From: a virus
Taxonomy: Duplodnaviria > Caudoviricetes
Reading direction: 5' to 3' (one strand)
Length of the DNA: 64,000 bases
IMG/VR virus record: IMGVR_UViG_3300020036_004254
Under the pieces are notes generated by a model that had not been told where the DNA came from, ran no database searches, and was given only the letters and a program-made list of their open reading frames with translations. The first letter of the stretch is position 1; every line of letters starts with the position of its first letter. Below, piece after piece: positions 35,588 through 44,800 of this stretch. The position numbers and the translations under genes were made by a program.

Positions 35588-38092
35588 ATGCGGTTTTACA
35601 CGAACGTGGCCAGCCACGGTAAGTTTTTGTTGGTGCGTAGTATTCAGGACGGAAAGCATGTTCAAGAGAAGATTCCGTTCCGCCCAACCCTCTTTGTGAA
35701 TTCTGCCAAAGAGTCAAAGTACAAGACCCTGAGTGGGCGTTCGGTTGAGCCAATCGAATTTGATGACCTCAACGAGGCCAAAGACTTCCTCAAGCGATAT
35801 GAGGATGTCACAGACTTTCCGATTTACGGAAACACATATTTTACCTATCAGTATATTTCCAAACAGTATTCAAACAATCTTGAATACGATTTGTCTAAGT
35901 TGCGTGTATGTTCGTTGGACATTGAGGTAGAATCCGAGAGCGGGTTCCCCGAGCCACGAGCCGCAAACGAAAAGGTGTTGCTCATTACCTTGCGAGACAA
36001 GCACACCAAAGAAACCATCACGTTTGGAACCAAACCGTTTGATGTGTCTACTATCAAACATTTTGACCCCACCAACTATACCTATGTGGAGTGTCGGGAC
36101 GAACAAGAATTGTTCCGAAGTTTCCTTCGGCATTGGAAGAATGCCTACCCTGATGTCGTTACAGGGTGGAACAGTCACAACTTCGACCTTCCCTATCTTA
36201 TCAACCGAGGATTCAAGATTCTTGGCGAAGGGGAGATTCTAGACATTTCCCCGTGGAGAAATGTCCGCGAACGCATTGTTTTCATCAACCAGCGGGAAGT
36301 TCAGAACTACGACATTGTCGGAATTGCCAGCCTTGACTATCTAGACTTGTACAAGAAGTTTGGTTCCTACAATGTGCAAGAGAGTTACAAGCTGGACTAC
36401 ATCGCCAAGCAGGAACTAGGCCGTCAAAAGCTTGAGAACCCTTATGATACGTACAAGGAGTTCTATAGGAAAGACTGGAACCTATTTGTGGAATACAACG
36501 TAGTGGACACCCTACTCGTTGACGAGTTGGAAGGCAAGATGAGTTTGATTGACATGGCTATTGCCATGGCGTATGACTCGCGGTGTAACTATGTGGACGT
36601 ATACCACGCCGTGCGGTTGTGGGACTGTATCATTCACGATTTCCTCATGGCCAGAAACATTGTGGTGCCACAACGCCCAAAGGATTTGATGGTGAGGAAG
36701 ATTGAAGGGGGATACGTCAAACTACCATCCCCAAATCGATACAACTGGATTATGAATGTGGATGCCGCGTCAGAATACCCATCCATCATCATGCAGTGGA
36801 ACATGTCTCCTGAAACATTCCGGGGGGTGTGCCCAGATGTTACCGTGGAGAAAATGTTGCAGGGGATTCGACCAGAACTGAATGAGGATGTGTGTCTCGC
36901 CGCCAACGGCGCGATGTTCAGTAAAGCAAAAAAGGGAGTCTTCCCAGAGATTGTAGAGAAGATTTTTGCTGAACGTGTCTTCTACAAGAAGAAGATGATT
37001 GCGGCACAGAAGGAGTATGAGAATACAAAGGATGCATCTTTGTTGAAAGATATTTCCAAGTACAACAACATTCAGATGGCTAAGAAGATTCAGTTGAACT
37101 CGTTGTATGGGTCGTTGGCCAACGAATGGTGTCGATTCTACAACAGCGACATTGCCGAGGCGGTGACGATGACAGGTCAGTACGTCATTCGGAGTGTGGG
37201 TACCGGGATTGACAAATACCTGAACAAGTTGGTGGGAACCGAGGGTCTTGAATACACCTTCTATTCAGATACCGACTCCTGTTATATCACGTTTGAGCGT
37301 TTGGTGCAAAAGCATTTCTCAGGAAAGACACCGGAAGAAATTGTAGACCTGTTGGATAAGATTTTTGAAGACAAAGTAAGCAAGGCTATTGCCAAGGTTA
37401 CTGATGATATCTTTACCTTTACCAACTCACTTCAGCAGAAGATGTTCTTCAAGCGGGAGTCCATTGCCAACACAGGCATTTGGGCGTCGGCCAAGAAGCG
37501 ATATGTGATGAATGTGTATGATTCGGAGGGGGTGCGATACAACCCACCTAAAATCAAAATCGTGGGAATGCAATCAAATCGAAGCGATACCCCAGAAGTG
37601 GTGCGTGGCAAGTTGAAAGAAGCTTTGAAAATCTGTCTCAACGGGGACCAAAAGACCATTCAACAGTTCATCAAGAATTTCCACGATGAGTTTGTCCGGA
37701 TGCCTGTGGAGAAAATCTCGTTTCCCAAGGGTGTGAATGATTTGGAAAAGTATGCTAACGCTCGAAGCATATATAGTAAGGGTACACCGATTCACGTTCG
37801 AGCGGCGTTGCTGTTCAACCATATGGTAAAGAAGAACGGGTTGGAAACAGTGTACGAGGGGATTAAGAGTGGTGACAAGATGAAGTTTGTCTATCTCCTT
37901 GAACCAAACCCCGTGGGAGAAAACGTAATTGGTTTTGTTGGTTCGTTACCCAAAGAATTTGAGTTGGAGTCGTATATTGATTATGAGAGAATGTTTATGA
38001 ACTCGTTTGAAAAGCCGATTACTTCGACACTAACGGTTATTTCATGGAATGCACGACCACAGGCTGTTTTGAATTTTCTACTAGGAGATTAA
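35588..38092 (+). CDS. 43: Family B DNA polymerase gp43
   Basis: DIEVESE, GWNSHNFD, YNVVD, KKIQLNSLYG, YSDTDS, KKRY. Confidence 0.96.
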   Translation: MRFYTNVASHGKFLLVRSIQDGKHVQEKIPFRPTLFVNSAKESKYKTLSGRSVEPIEFDDLNEAKDFLKRYEDVTDFPIYGNTYFTYQYISKQYSNNLEYDLSKLRVCSLDIEVESESGFPEPRAANEKVLLITLRDKHTKETITFGTKPFDVSTIKHFDPTNYTYVECRDEQELFRSFLRHWKNAYPDVVTGWNSHNFDLPYLINRGFKILGEGEILDISPWRNVRERIVFINQREVQNYDIVGIASLDYLDLYKKFGSYNVQESYKLDYIAKQELGRQKLENPYDTYKEFYRKDWNLFVEYNVVDTLLVDELEGKMSLIDMAIAMAYDSRCNYVDVYHAVRLWDCIIHDFLMARNIVVPQRPKDLMVRKIEGGYVKLPSPNRYNWIMNVDAASEYPSIIMQWNMSPETFRGVCPDVTVEKMLQGIRPELNEDVCLAANGAMFSKAKKGVFPEIVEKIFAERVFYKKKMIAAQKEYENTKDASLLKDISKYNNIQMAKKIQLNSLYGSLANEWCRFYNSDIAEAVTMTGQYVIRSVGTGIDKYLNKLVGTEGLEYTFYSDTDSCYITFERLVQKHFSGKTPEEIVDLLDKIFEDKVSKAIAKVTDDIFTFTNSLQQKMFFKRESIANTGIWASAKKRYVMNVYDSEGVRYNPPKIKIVGMQSNRSDTPEVVRGKLKEALKICLNGDQKTIQQFIKNFHDEFVRMPVEKISFPKGVNDLEKYANARSIYSKGTPIHVRAALLFNHMVKKNGLETVYEGIKSGDKMKFVYLLEPNPVGENVIGFVGSLPKEFELESYIDYERMFMNSFEKPITSTLTVISWNARPQAVLNFLLGD

Positions 38093-38093
38093 C

Positions 38094-39152
38094 ATGGGAT
38101 TGATTGAACGGTTGTTGAAGAATAGCACCAGTGACTTTACTGATGTGATGGCGGATTCGGAACTTTTTGGACAGAAGGATTTTGCTCCTACGTTGGTTCC
38201 TGCCGTGAACTTGTTGTTGTCCGGTTCGTTTGCTGGGGGTATTTCCCGTGGACACACCACTTTTGCCGGGGCGTCCAAGCACTTCAAGACGGCGTTCTTG
38301 ATGTTGTGTGTCCGGGCATATTTGGACAAACACCCCGATGGCGTCTGTCTTTTCTATGACACAGAGTTTGGTGCCCCGCAGGAGTATTTCACCACATTTG
38401 GTATTCCTCTTGATAGGGTGGTACACACCCCAATTCATAGCGTGGAAGAATTGACACACGATATCATGACGCAGTTGAACGACCTCAAACGCGAAGACCA
38501 CGTGATTATCATTGTGGACTCATTTGGTAACATCGCGTCAAAGAAGGAGCTTGAGGATGCGTTGGAGGGTAGTGAGAAAGCCGATATGACTCGCGCCAAG
38601 AAACTCAAGGGATTGTTCCGCATGATTATCATGCAGTTGAACACAAAGGACATCCCGATGATTAGCGTGGGACATACCTATAACACCTTGGAACTGTACA
38701 GCAAGCAGATTTTGTCTGGTGGCACCGGATACTACTACGGAGCCAATGATATCTTTTTCGTCGGGCGTAATCAGGAAAAGAACGAGACTACGAAGGAAAT
38801 CGAGGGGTTCAACTTTGTTTTGAACGTGGAGAAATCGCGTTTTGTCCGGGAGAAGCAGAAGATTGCGATTGAGGTAACCTTTGACGGCGGTATCAACATG
38901 TGGTCAGGGTTGCTAGAAATGGCTCTTGAGAGTGGGCATGTCATTAAACCCAAACAGGGGTGGTATCAGAAAGCCTCGGATTCTAGCAAGAGCTACCGAG
39001 AAAAGGATACCAACACCGCAAGCTTCTGGCTCCCGATTCTTGAAGACGCCACGTTCAGCGAGTGGGCTGAGAAGAAGTATCGTCTGGCCAAGGGGGAAAT
39101 CATCAAGGACATTACAGACGACGAAATCGAATCGGATATGAATGATGCCTAG
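38094..39152 (+). CDS. uvsX: RecA-like recombinase UvsX
   Basis: AGASKHFKT, LFYDTEFG, IVDSFGNIASKKE, ADMTRAK, KSRFVREK. Confidence 0.95.
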   Translation: MGLIERLLKNSTSDFTDVMADSELFGQKDFAPTLVPAVNLLLSGSFAGGISRGHTTFAGASKHFKTAFLMLCVRAYLDKHPDGVCLFYDTEFGAPQEYFTTFGIPLDRVVHTPIHSVEELTHDIMTQLNDLKREDHVIIIVDSFGNIASKKELEDALEGSEKADMTRAKKLKGLFRMIIMQLNTKDIPMISVGHTYNTLELYSKQILSGGTGYYYGANDIFFVGRNQEKNETTKEIEGFNFVLNVEKSRFVREKQKIAIEVTFDGGINMWSGLLEMALESGHVIKPKQGWYQKASDSSKSYREKDTNTASFWLPILEDATFSEWAEKKYRLAKGEIIKDITDDEIESDMNDA

Positions 39153-39345
39153 ATTCGAAGTGGTGGTGATTGAAACGGATGGGTTTGGTTGGAATCGCCG
39201 TCTGGAAGATACCGTTTTCTTCCAGACGGAAGAGGCGGCAAAGGCGTTTCAAAAGGCATACAACGCAGAAGGAAACATGCCACAAATTGAAGGAAATATT
39301 ATGATTGCTCTTCAACCAAAGGAAGTACCAAATGACCAACAATGA
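39142..39345 (+). CDS. Hypothetical protein
   Basis: Overlaps both neighbours in the operon. Confidence 0.6.
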   Translation: MMPRFEVVVIETDGFGWNRRLEDTVFFQTEEAAKAFQKAYNAEGNMPQIEGNIMIALQPKEVPNDQQ

Positions 39346-39742
39346 CTATACAGGCCCGAAATACACCGTACACGATTCGGCCAAGCACGAGGAAAAAGGA
39401 ATCCCGACGAACTTCTACATCAGAATTGAAAGCGGTCCTTACGCTGGTGTGGAATATACCTATTCAAAGGTGCAGAATAAGGGTGTTGACGATGATGACC
39501 AGTACCACTTGACTTTTGACTATGTGGTGCTATATTCACCACCACACCTTCCTCGGGTTGTTCAGCGGGATTTTGAAGCGGTCTTGTGGGAGATTTTGTG
39601 TGTCGTGCTTGAAGAAACCGCACAAGCTATCGCCAAGGAAGAACTTGATAAACTAGAGGTAGAGTTTGTAGACGAGTTAGACACAACAGTTCCAGATGAA
39701 TTTCACCCAGAAGAGTTTGTTCAAAAACCGGAGAGTGACTAA
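39332..39742 (+). CDS. Hypothetical protein at the gp40 position
   Basis: IRIESGPYAGVEYTYSKV..LTFDY; between uvsX and gp41. Confidence 0.6.
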   Translation: MTNNDYTGPKYTVHDSAKHEEKGIPTNFYIRIESGPYAGVEYTYSKVQNKGVDDDDQYHLTFDYVVLYSPPHLPRVVQRDFEAVLWEILCVVLEETAQAIAKEELDKLEVEFVDELDTTVPDEFHPEEFVQKPESD

Positions 39743-39981
39743 TGATTCGACGTTTTACGATGTACCGTCGTGGAGATTTGTCCGCTACACACAACGACCA
39801 GCTTGTGGCCCCACCAGACCAGCCCCAGTACGAAGGGGTGGTGTTCAGCGACGGCACTACGGTGTTGCGTTGGTGTACCCCGTTGAAGTCTACTTCTGTA
39901 TGGGCCTCGTTGGAAGATGCGCTGGGGGTTCATGGACACCCGGAAGAGCGATATGGTTCTGAACTGGTGTGGCATGACTAA
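39742..39981 (+). CDS. Hypothetical protein
   Basis: EGVVFSDGTTVLRW..STSVW..VHGH; TAATG coupling. Confidence 0.7.
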   Translation: MIRRFTMYRRGDLSATHNDQLVAPPDQPQYEGVVFSDGTTVLRWCTPLKSTSVWASLEDALGVHGHPEERYGSELVWHD

Positions 39982-40144
39982 TTGGAGTATGACATCGACA
40001 CGGTGGCCCAGAGGTGGCGTTTTGGCGATTGCATATCATTGGTATGATGGTCGTCATTTGGGTATTAGGGGGTTTGACATTTCGGTTGGATTGATTTTCA
40101 AGTCATTCCATTTCTCTTATAGAAAGAAGGCGTCTAATGGTTAA
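39974..40144 (+). CDS. Hypothetical protein
   Basis: Fills the gap before gp41. Confidence 0.45.
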   Translation: MTNWSMTSTRWPRGGVLAIAYHWYDGRHLGIRGFDISVGLIFKSFHFSYRKKASNG

Positions 40145-41516
40145 CATGGAATCCCTCATCATCACGCATTTGTTGCATGATGATGAGTATATGCGAAAGG
40201 TGTTACCGTTCCTGAACTTGGATTATTTTTCAAGTTCAGGCGACCGGAAAATTGTATCCATGGTTCAGAAGTTTGTGGAGCAATACCGAGTTTCTCCGAC
40301 GGTTGAGGCGTTGAACATTTTGGTTCAACAAGAAACCAACTTGAAGGAAAACGAGTACAAGGAGATTGTTTCCACGTTAGAGTCGTGTGTCAAAAAGACT
40401 GATACGCCATTGAATTTTCTTGTTGACGAGACTGAAAAGTTTTGTAAAGAGAAGTCTTTGTTGAACACCATTCGTCATTCGCTTAAGATTATTGACGGGT
40501 TGGACCCCAAGTTTAGTAAGGATTCTCTTCCGGGGTTGTTTCAGGAAGCCTTGGCGGTTGGGTTTGACAACAGCGTTGGTCACGATTACACCGAGGATGC
40601 AGAAGCCCGATACGAGTATTACACGAACGACGAAGTTCGTATTGCATCAGATTTGGCCATGTTGAATCTTATCACTCGCGGCGGCGTCAAACGTAAAACG
40701 TTGAATATCATCATTGCGGGTATTCACGTGGGAAAGACCATGGTGATGTGTCACCTTGCCGCCGCGTATAAGAGTTTGGGATATAATGTGCTGTATATCA
40801 CCATGGAAATGGGTGAGGAAGAGATTGCCGAGCGTGTCGACGCCAATTTGATGAATGTGGCGGTAGACGATTTGGCTACCATGCCAAAGATTATGTTCAT
40901 GAGTCGGATTGAAAAGATTCGGAACAAGTCTGAGGGTCGGTTGATTATCAAAGAGTTTCCGACATCTGGCGCACACGCTGGACATTTCCGGGCATTGATT
41001 AGTGAATTGAAGACCAAACAGAAGTTCAAGCCGGATGTGGTGTTCGTGGACTACATTGGTATCTGTGCCAGTCAGACGGTGAAGTCTGCTGAAAACAGCA
41101 ACACCTTCCTCAAGGCGGTTTCCAAGGAACTGCGTGGGTTGGCGGTTGAGCAGGATTTTGCCATGTGGACTGGCGCACAGTTGACCCGTGGTGGCATCGA
41201 TTCTTCTGACCCAACGATGACCGACACCGCCGAGGCAATCAGCCTTCCGGCCATTGCAGACCTTCAGTTGGCGTTGATTCGAACAGAAGAACTAGACCGT
41301 TTGGGTCAGTTGATGTTGAAGCAACTGAAGAATCGTTACAGAAGAATGTCAAAGAATAAAAGGTTTGTTATCGGTCTGGATGAAGATAAGCAACGCCTGT
41401 ATGACGTAGAACAGGAGGCACAACGAGACATTATGGCAGACCCAGAAGTCAAAAAGGTTCTTTTGTCAGACGGAACGCAGACCTTAACTAAAGATTTTTC
41501 TAAGCTTAAGGTATAG
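40137..41516 (+). CDS. 41: Replicative helicase gp41
   Basis: AGIHVGKT, YITMEM.EE.IAERVDAN, IIKEFPT, VDYIGI, KQLKNRY. Confidence 0.95.
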   Translation: MVNMESLIITHLLHDDEYMRKVLPFLNLDYFSSSGDRKIVSMVQKFVEQYRVSPTVEALNILVQQETNLKENEYKEIVSTLESCVKKTDTPLNFLVDETEKFCKEKSLLNTIRHSLKIIDGLDPKFSKDSLPGLFQEALAVGFDNSVGHDYTEDAEARYEYYTNDEVRIASDLAMLNLITRGGVKRKTLNIIIAGIHVGKTMVMCHLAAAYKSLGYNVLYITMEMGEEEIAERVDANLMNVAVDDLATMPKIMFMSRIEKIRNKSEGRLIIKEFPTSGAHAGHFRALISELKTKQKFKPDVVFVDYIGICASQTVKSAENSNTFLKAVSKELRGLAVEQDFAMWTGAQLTRGGIDSSDPTMTDTAEAISLPAIADLQLALIRTEELDRLGQLMLKQLKNRYRRMSKNKRFVIGLDEDKQRLYDVEQEAQRDIMADPEVKKVLLSDGTQTLTKDFSKLKV

Positions 41517-41552
41517 TCGAGATAAATAGGTGGTCCCTTTCCGGAGTCACCT

Positions 41553-42227
41553 ATGCATTTGGCAAAAGAGATTGATGCCAATATTATGGGGTCGGAACTA
41601 GTGAAATCGTGGGGGACCACGGTGACCACTGCTTCCTTTGAACGAATGATGAATAAAATTGTTAATCCTTTTGGGGCTAAAGCGATTATCAAACGAGTAA
41701 AACTCAAAAAACCGTTGTCCATGAAGGTGTCTGGGTATTTCTGGTCCATCAAACGTGGTCACAAGATTGTGATTCACTACCACTTGGACCATACCAGAAC
41801 ACATATACATTTGCATACCAGACTTATGAATCGGTTGGTGTTTCTTACTAGCCAAACGCTTCAACACGAGTTGATTCATCAGGACCAAGAACGCCGCTTG
41901 GGTGATGATTTCTACTCCAAAAGAGTTCCGGTTGTCTATTCAAAGAGAATAGGCAAAAAGCGAGAAGACAATATCAAATACCTGAGTACTAACGAAGAAA
42001 TCGATTGCTACGGTCAAAATATTGCTATGGAGTTGGTCTATAATCACCCCGGCGAAACGATAACTCAACTGTTTAAAAACATTGAAACCAAGAAATCTCA
42101 GTGTTACAAAAAGTATAAAATTGGGTTGAAAAACACCGATTGGAAACCTGTACAAAAAGCTTTGCTCAAGAAGATATGGAAATGGTTGCCAAAGGTGATA
42201 GCCCCACCACGGGTGAACGCCCCTTGA
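41553..42227 (+). CDS. Putative zincin-type metalloprotease
   Basis: LQHELIHQDQ (HExxH) plus downstream EIDCYG; preceded by GATAAATA (41521-41528). Confidence 0.6.
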   Translation: MHLAKEIDANIMGSELVKSWGTTVTTASFERMMNKIVNPFGAKAIIKRVKLKKPLSMKVSGYFWSIKRGHKIVIHYHLDHTRTHIHLHTRLMNRLVFLTSQTLQHELIHQDQERRLGDDFYSKRVPVVYSKRIGKKREDNIKYLSTNEEIDCYGQNIAMELVYNHPGETITQLFKNIETKKSQCYKKYKIGLKNTDWKPVQKALLKKIWKWLPKVIAPPRVNAP

Positions 42228-42252
42228 CAAACCCCAATAACCCCGTTACGTT
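42224..42252 (+). promoter_or_regulatory. Sigma70-type promoter TTGACA-N17-TACGTT
   Basis: Member of the ccccTTGACAaac family. Confidence 0.7.
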
Positions 42253-42271
42253 CCAAGATGAGGAAGCTCCC

Positions 42272-42487
42272 ATGACCATAGACGATGGATACTATGAGGA
42301 ATACATGCTATATGGTGATGGGGCAATCGTTGCGTTGAAGGAACGAGAAAGTGAAGAAACTATCATATCAGGGGGTACAAGTGAGTCAGTACGAGAAAAT
42401 CTTGAATCGGCTTTATGGAAATGGTTCCATTACGTCTTCGGCGGCGAAGCGAATGAAAATCACGAACCTACGAGCCAGAGTGTGTGA
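42272..42487 (+). CDS. Acidic hypothetical protein
   Basis: GAGGA RBS directly after the promoter; overlaps the next ORF by 137 nt. Confidence 0.45.
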   Translation: MTIDDGYYEEYMLYGDGAIVALKERESEETIISGGTSESVRENLESALWKWFHYVFGGEANENHEPTSQSV

Positions 42488-42587
42488 ACTGCGTGACCGT
42501 GGTCATTTGATTATGACACACAGCACCAACGGGCCACGAGCAGTCTATAGACTGTTTCAGCGGGATGACTACTACAACGCCCGATAA
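42351..42587 (+). CDS. Small winged-helix DNA-binding protein
   Basis: SQYEKIL..L..GSITS..A...ITNLRARVCELRDRGH pattern; TAATG coupling downstream. Confidence 0.65.
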   Translation: MKKLSYQGVQVSQYEKILNRLYGNGSITSSAAKRMKITNLRARVCELRDRGHLIMTHSTNGPRAVYRLFQRDDYYNAR

Positions 42588-42958
42588 TGTACCAGACCAT
42601 CATCGATGTGGCGGTATTTGCTATTCTGGTGTTCATTGCATTCAGCCCAGCTTTTGTTTTTCGTTTAATTGATAAATATTTTCTGGGTGAGAAAATTGAA
42701 CTTTTTGATTCCGACCTTCATCTAGAGCCAGTGACCAGCATTTTGGACGAGTCTTCTTCGGCGTTTAACACCGATGGTCGCATTGACCATGACCAAAAGG
42801 TGTTGAATAACCTGAAAAGCATGATAAAGAAGACCAAAAAGAAGGATGCTAAACGGGTTTGGAAAATGAAACTGGCAGAGTTCGAACGAAAAATTCAGTG
42901 GTTGGCTGTGGCAAATAAAGCCAACGGTCATGAAACAGTATGTAAAATAGCTCGCTAA
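42587..42958 (+). CDS. Hypothetical protein with N-terminal TM helix
   Basis: Hydrophobic N-terminus. Confidence 0.65.
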   Translation: MYQTIIDVAVFAILVFIAFSPAFVFRLIDKYFLGEKIELFDSDLHLEPVTSILDESSSAFNTDGRIDHDQKVLNNLKSMIKKTKKKDAKRVWKMKLAEFERKIQWLAVANKANGHETVCKIAR

Positions 42959-42978
42959 CCACGTGTTGGAAGAGTTGT

Positions 42979-43012
42979 GGGGTCGTCTCCTATAAGGGGC
43001 GACCCCTCTTTT
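42979..43012 (+). terminator. Rho-independent terminator
   Basis: GGGGTCGTCTC-loop-GGGGCGACCCC followed by TCTTTT. Confidence 0.75.
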
Positions 43013-43026
43013 GGCGTTTACCATTT

Positions 43027-43034
43027 CATAAATA
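43027..43034 (+). promoter_or_regulatory. T4-type late promoter (CATAAATA) for the lysis cassette
   Basis: Between the terminator and the endolysin. Confidence 0.7.
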
Positions 43035-43142
43035 CATGTGCAGACGAGGGATGATATACCTATAACAGCCCGAGTTGTTATCAGGGCGGCTACGAGCCAA
43101 TATCAATATCTTACCCCGTTTCACCTTATTCTGGTAAACCAC

Positions 43143-43742
43143 ATGGACATTACTAAACTTAAAGGCACAATACCAGATTCGGTATTGGCCCAAATACCTG
43201 ATGTATTGACGAAGTTTTCCATCTATACACCACTCCGGTTGGCACATTTCTTGTCTCAGTGTGGACACGAAAGTATCAATTTTACGGCAACCGTTGAGAA
43301 TTTGAACTATTCTGAGGCGGCGTTGAATCGTGTATTTGGGAAGTACTTCCCGAATGGGCTGGCCGCGAGCTACGCCAGACAGCCCCAGCGTATCGGTTCC
43401 CGTGTCTATGGGGGTCGTATGGGCAACGGGCCAGAGGAGTCAGGAGAAGGATTCAAGTATCGGGGAAGAGGTTTCATTCAGTTGACCGGGAAAGTCAACT
43501 ACGCCTCGTTTGACAAAGTGGTTGAAGAGAACATTCTTGAAACCCCGGAACTGGTTGCTACCAAATACCCACTGTTGTCGGCTGGGTGGTTTTGGAATAG
43601 CCGCAAACTTAATGATGTGGCTGACCTAGGAGATAGTGACGCCATTGTCACCAAAATCACCAAAATCATTAACGGTGGTTTGAATGGGTATGACGATAGA
43701 CTCAGGTTGTTCAAGAAATTCTACCCATTGCTCAATGCCTAA
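43143..43742 (+). CDS. GH19 endolysin
   Basis: RLAHFLSQCGHES, ENLNYS, YRGRGFIQLTGK.NY, ITKIINGG.NG. Confidence 0.93.
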   Translation: MDITKLKGTIPDSVLAQIPDVLTKFSIYTPLRLAHFLSQCGHESINFTATVENLNYSEAALNRVFGKYFPNGLAASYARQPQRIGSRVYGGRMGNGPEESGEGFKYRGRGFIQLTGKVNYASFDKVVEENILETPELVATKYPLLSAGWFWNSRKLNDVADLGDSDAIVTKITKIINGGLNGYDDRLRLFKKFYPLLNA

Positions 43743-44076
43743 GCACAAAATGTTCGGTTGGTTGTTCACACCACTCAGACCTATTTCTGATTGGTGGCTG
43801 TCTCGTATTATCGTTGACGAATCGGGTGACCCCTCGGCAAAACGTACCATGGGACTTGCGTCTGGATTTGCGTTGGTGTTTTCTCTTGTGTGGAATACCA
43901 TTCATCCAGAAACAAAAATAAATGAAAAGTTGGTTGAAGCTATGTTGTGGGTGTGCCTCGGGTGTCTCGGATTCTCTACCGCCGATAAGTTTTCACCAAC
44001 CGCCACCATTCTAACTAACGCCCACGTTGCAACACCACCTAAAGAAGTTCCACCCCAAGAACCTGAAGTGAAATAA
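43735..44076 (+). CDS. Putative holin (two TM helices)
   Basis: PSAKR motif then two hydrophobic segments; adjacent to the endolysin. Confidence 0.6.
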   Translation: MPKHKMFGWLFTPLRPISDWWLSRIIVDESGDPSAKRTMGLASGFALVFSLVWNTIHPETKINEKLVEAMLWVCLGCLGFSTADKFSPTATILTNAHVATPPKEVPPQEPEVK

Positions 44077-44768
44077 TGACAAAAATATGGGAAATCTTAA
44101 AAGCAATACCACAAACGCTTCAATTGGTTTTGGTTGCCGCTCTGGTATATCTTGGTACAAGTTGGTTTTCTAATAACCAGACCAAGTCTTCTCTTGAAGA
44201 ATACATAGACAAATATACCAAGTTTCAGAAAGAAGCCGAACAGAGTGTTCGTATTATTGACAGTGTCACCAAAGTCAATAAAGAAAAGGATGTACTCATC
44301 CTAACGTATATACAGGAAGCCAATACAGCACGGGCGGAAAATGCTAGGATTCTCAGCAGACTTCCGGACCCTGCGGTAGTGGCTTCTTTGCGTACCAATA
44401 TTGACAGTCTCAAGGCGGCAACCAGCGATAGCGTAGAAATGGCCAGAACAGTGATTCCAGCGCAAGACACACTCATCAAAGCGTTGGACAGCACCGTGGT
44501 GGTCCTTCGATTGTCCCAGTTTAAGATGACGAATGAAAATGTGGCGTTGCGTAGTGCCAACACCTTGTTGATTTCCGAAAAGAGTGCGTTGGAGCTTTCC
44601 TTGGCCGATGCGAGAAGTAAGTTGGTCAATTTGCCTCCACCCCCTGAGAATCCAGACAAGTTTTTCTTTGGACTGTTGAACAAACCGTCGAGAAAACAAC
44701 TCGCGGTTATCGGATTCGTTGGTGGGGTGGTCACGTATGCTGTTGTAGACAACTCCCTTAAAAGGTAA
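44076..44768 (+). CDS. Putative spanin-like protein
   Basis: N-terminal TM, long coiled coil, PPPP hinge, C-terminal hydrophobic segment. Confidence 0.55.
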   Translation: MTKIWEILKAIPQTLQLVLVAALVYLGTSWFSNNQTKSSLEEYIDKYTKFQKEAEQSVRIIDSVTKVNKEKDVLILTYIQEANTARAENARILSRLPDPAVVASLRTNIDSLKAATSDSVEMARTVIPAQDTLIKALDSTVVVLRLSQFKMTNENVALRSANTLLISEKSALELSLADARSKLVNLPPPPENPDKFFFGLLNKPSRKQLAVIGFVGGVVTYAVVDNSLKR

Positions 44769-44772
44769 CTCT

Positions 44773-44780
44773 TATAAATA
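44773..44780 (+). promoter_or_regulatory. T4-type late promoter TATAAATA
   Basis: Perfect consensus. Confidence 0.85.
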
Positions 44781-44800
44781 GAAGAAACCTAGGAGTCTAA

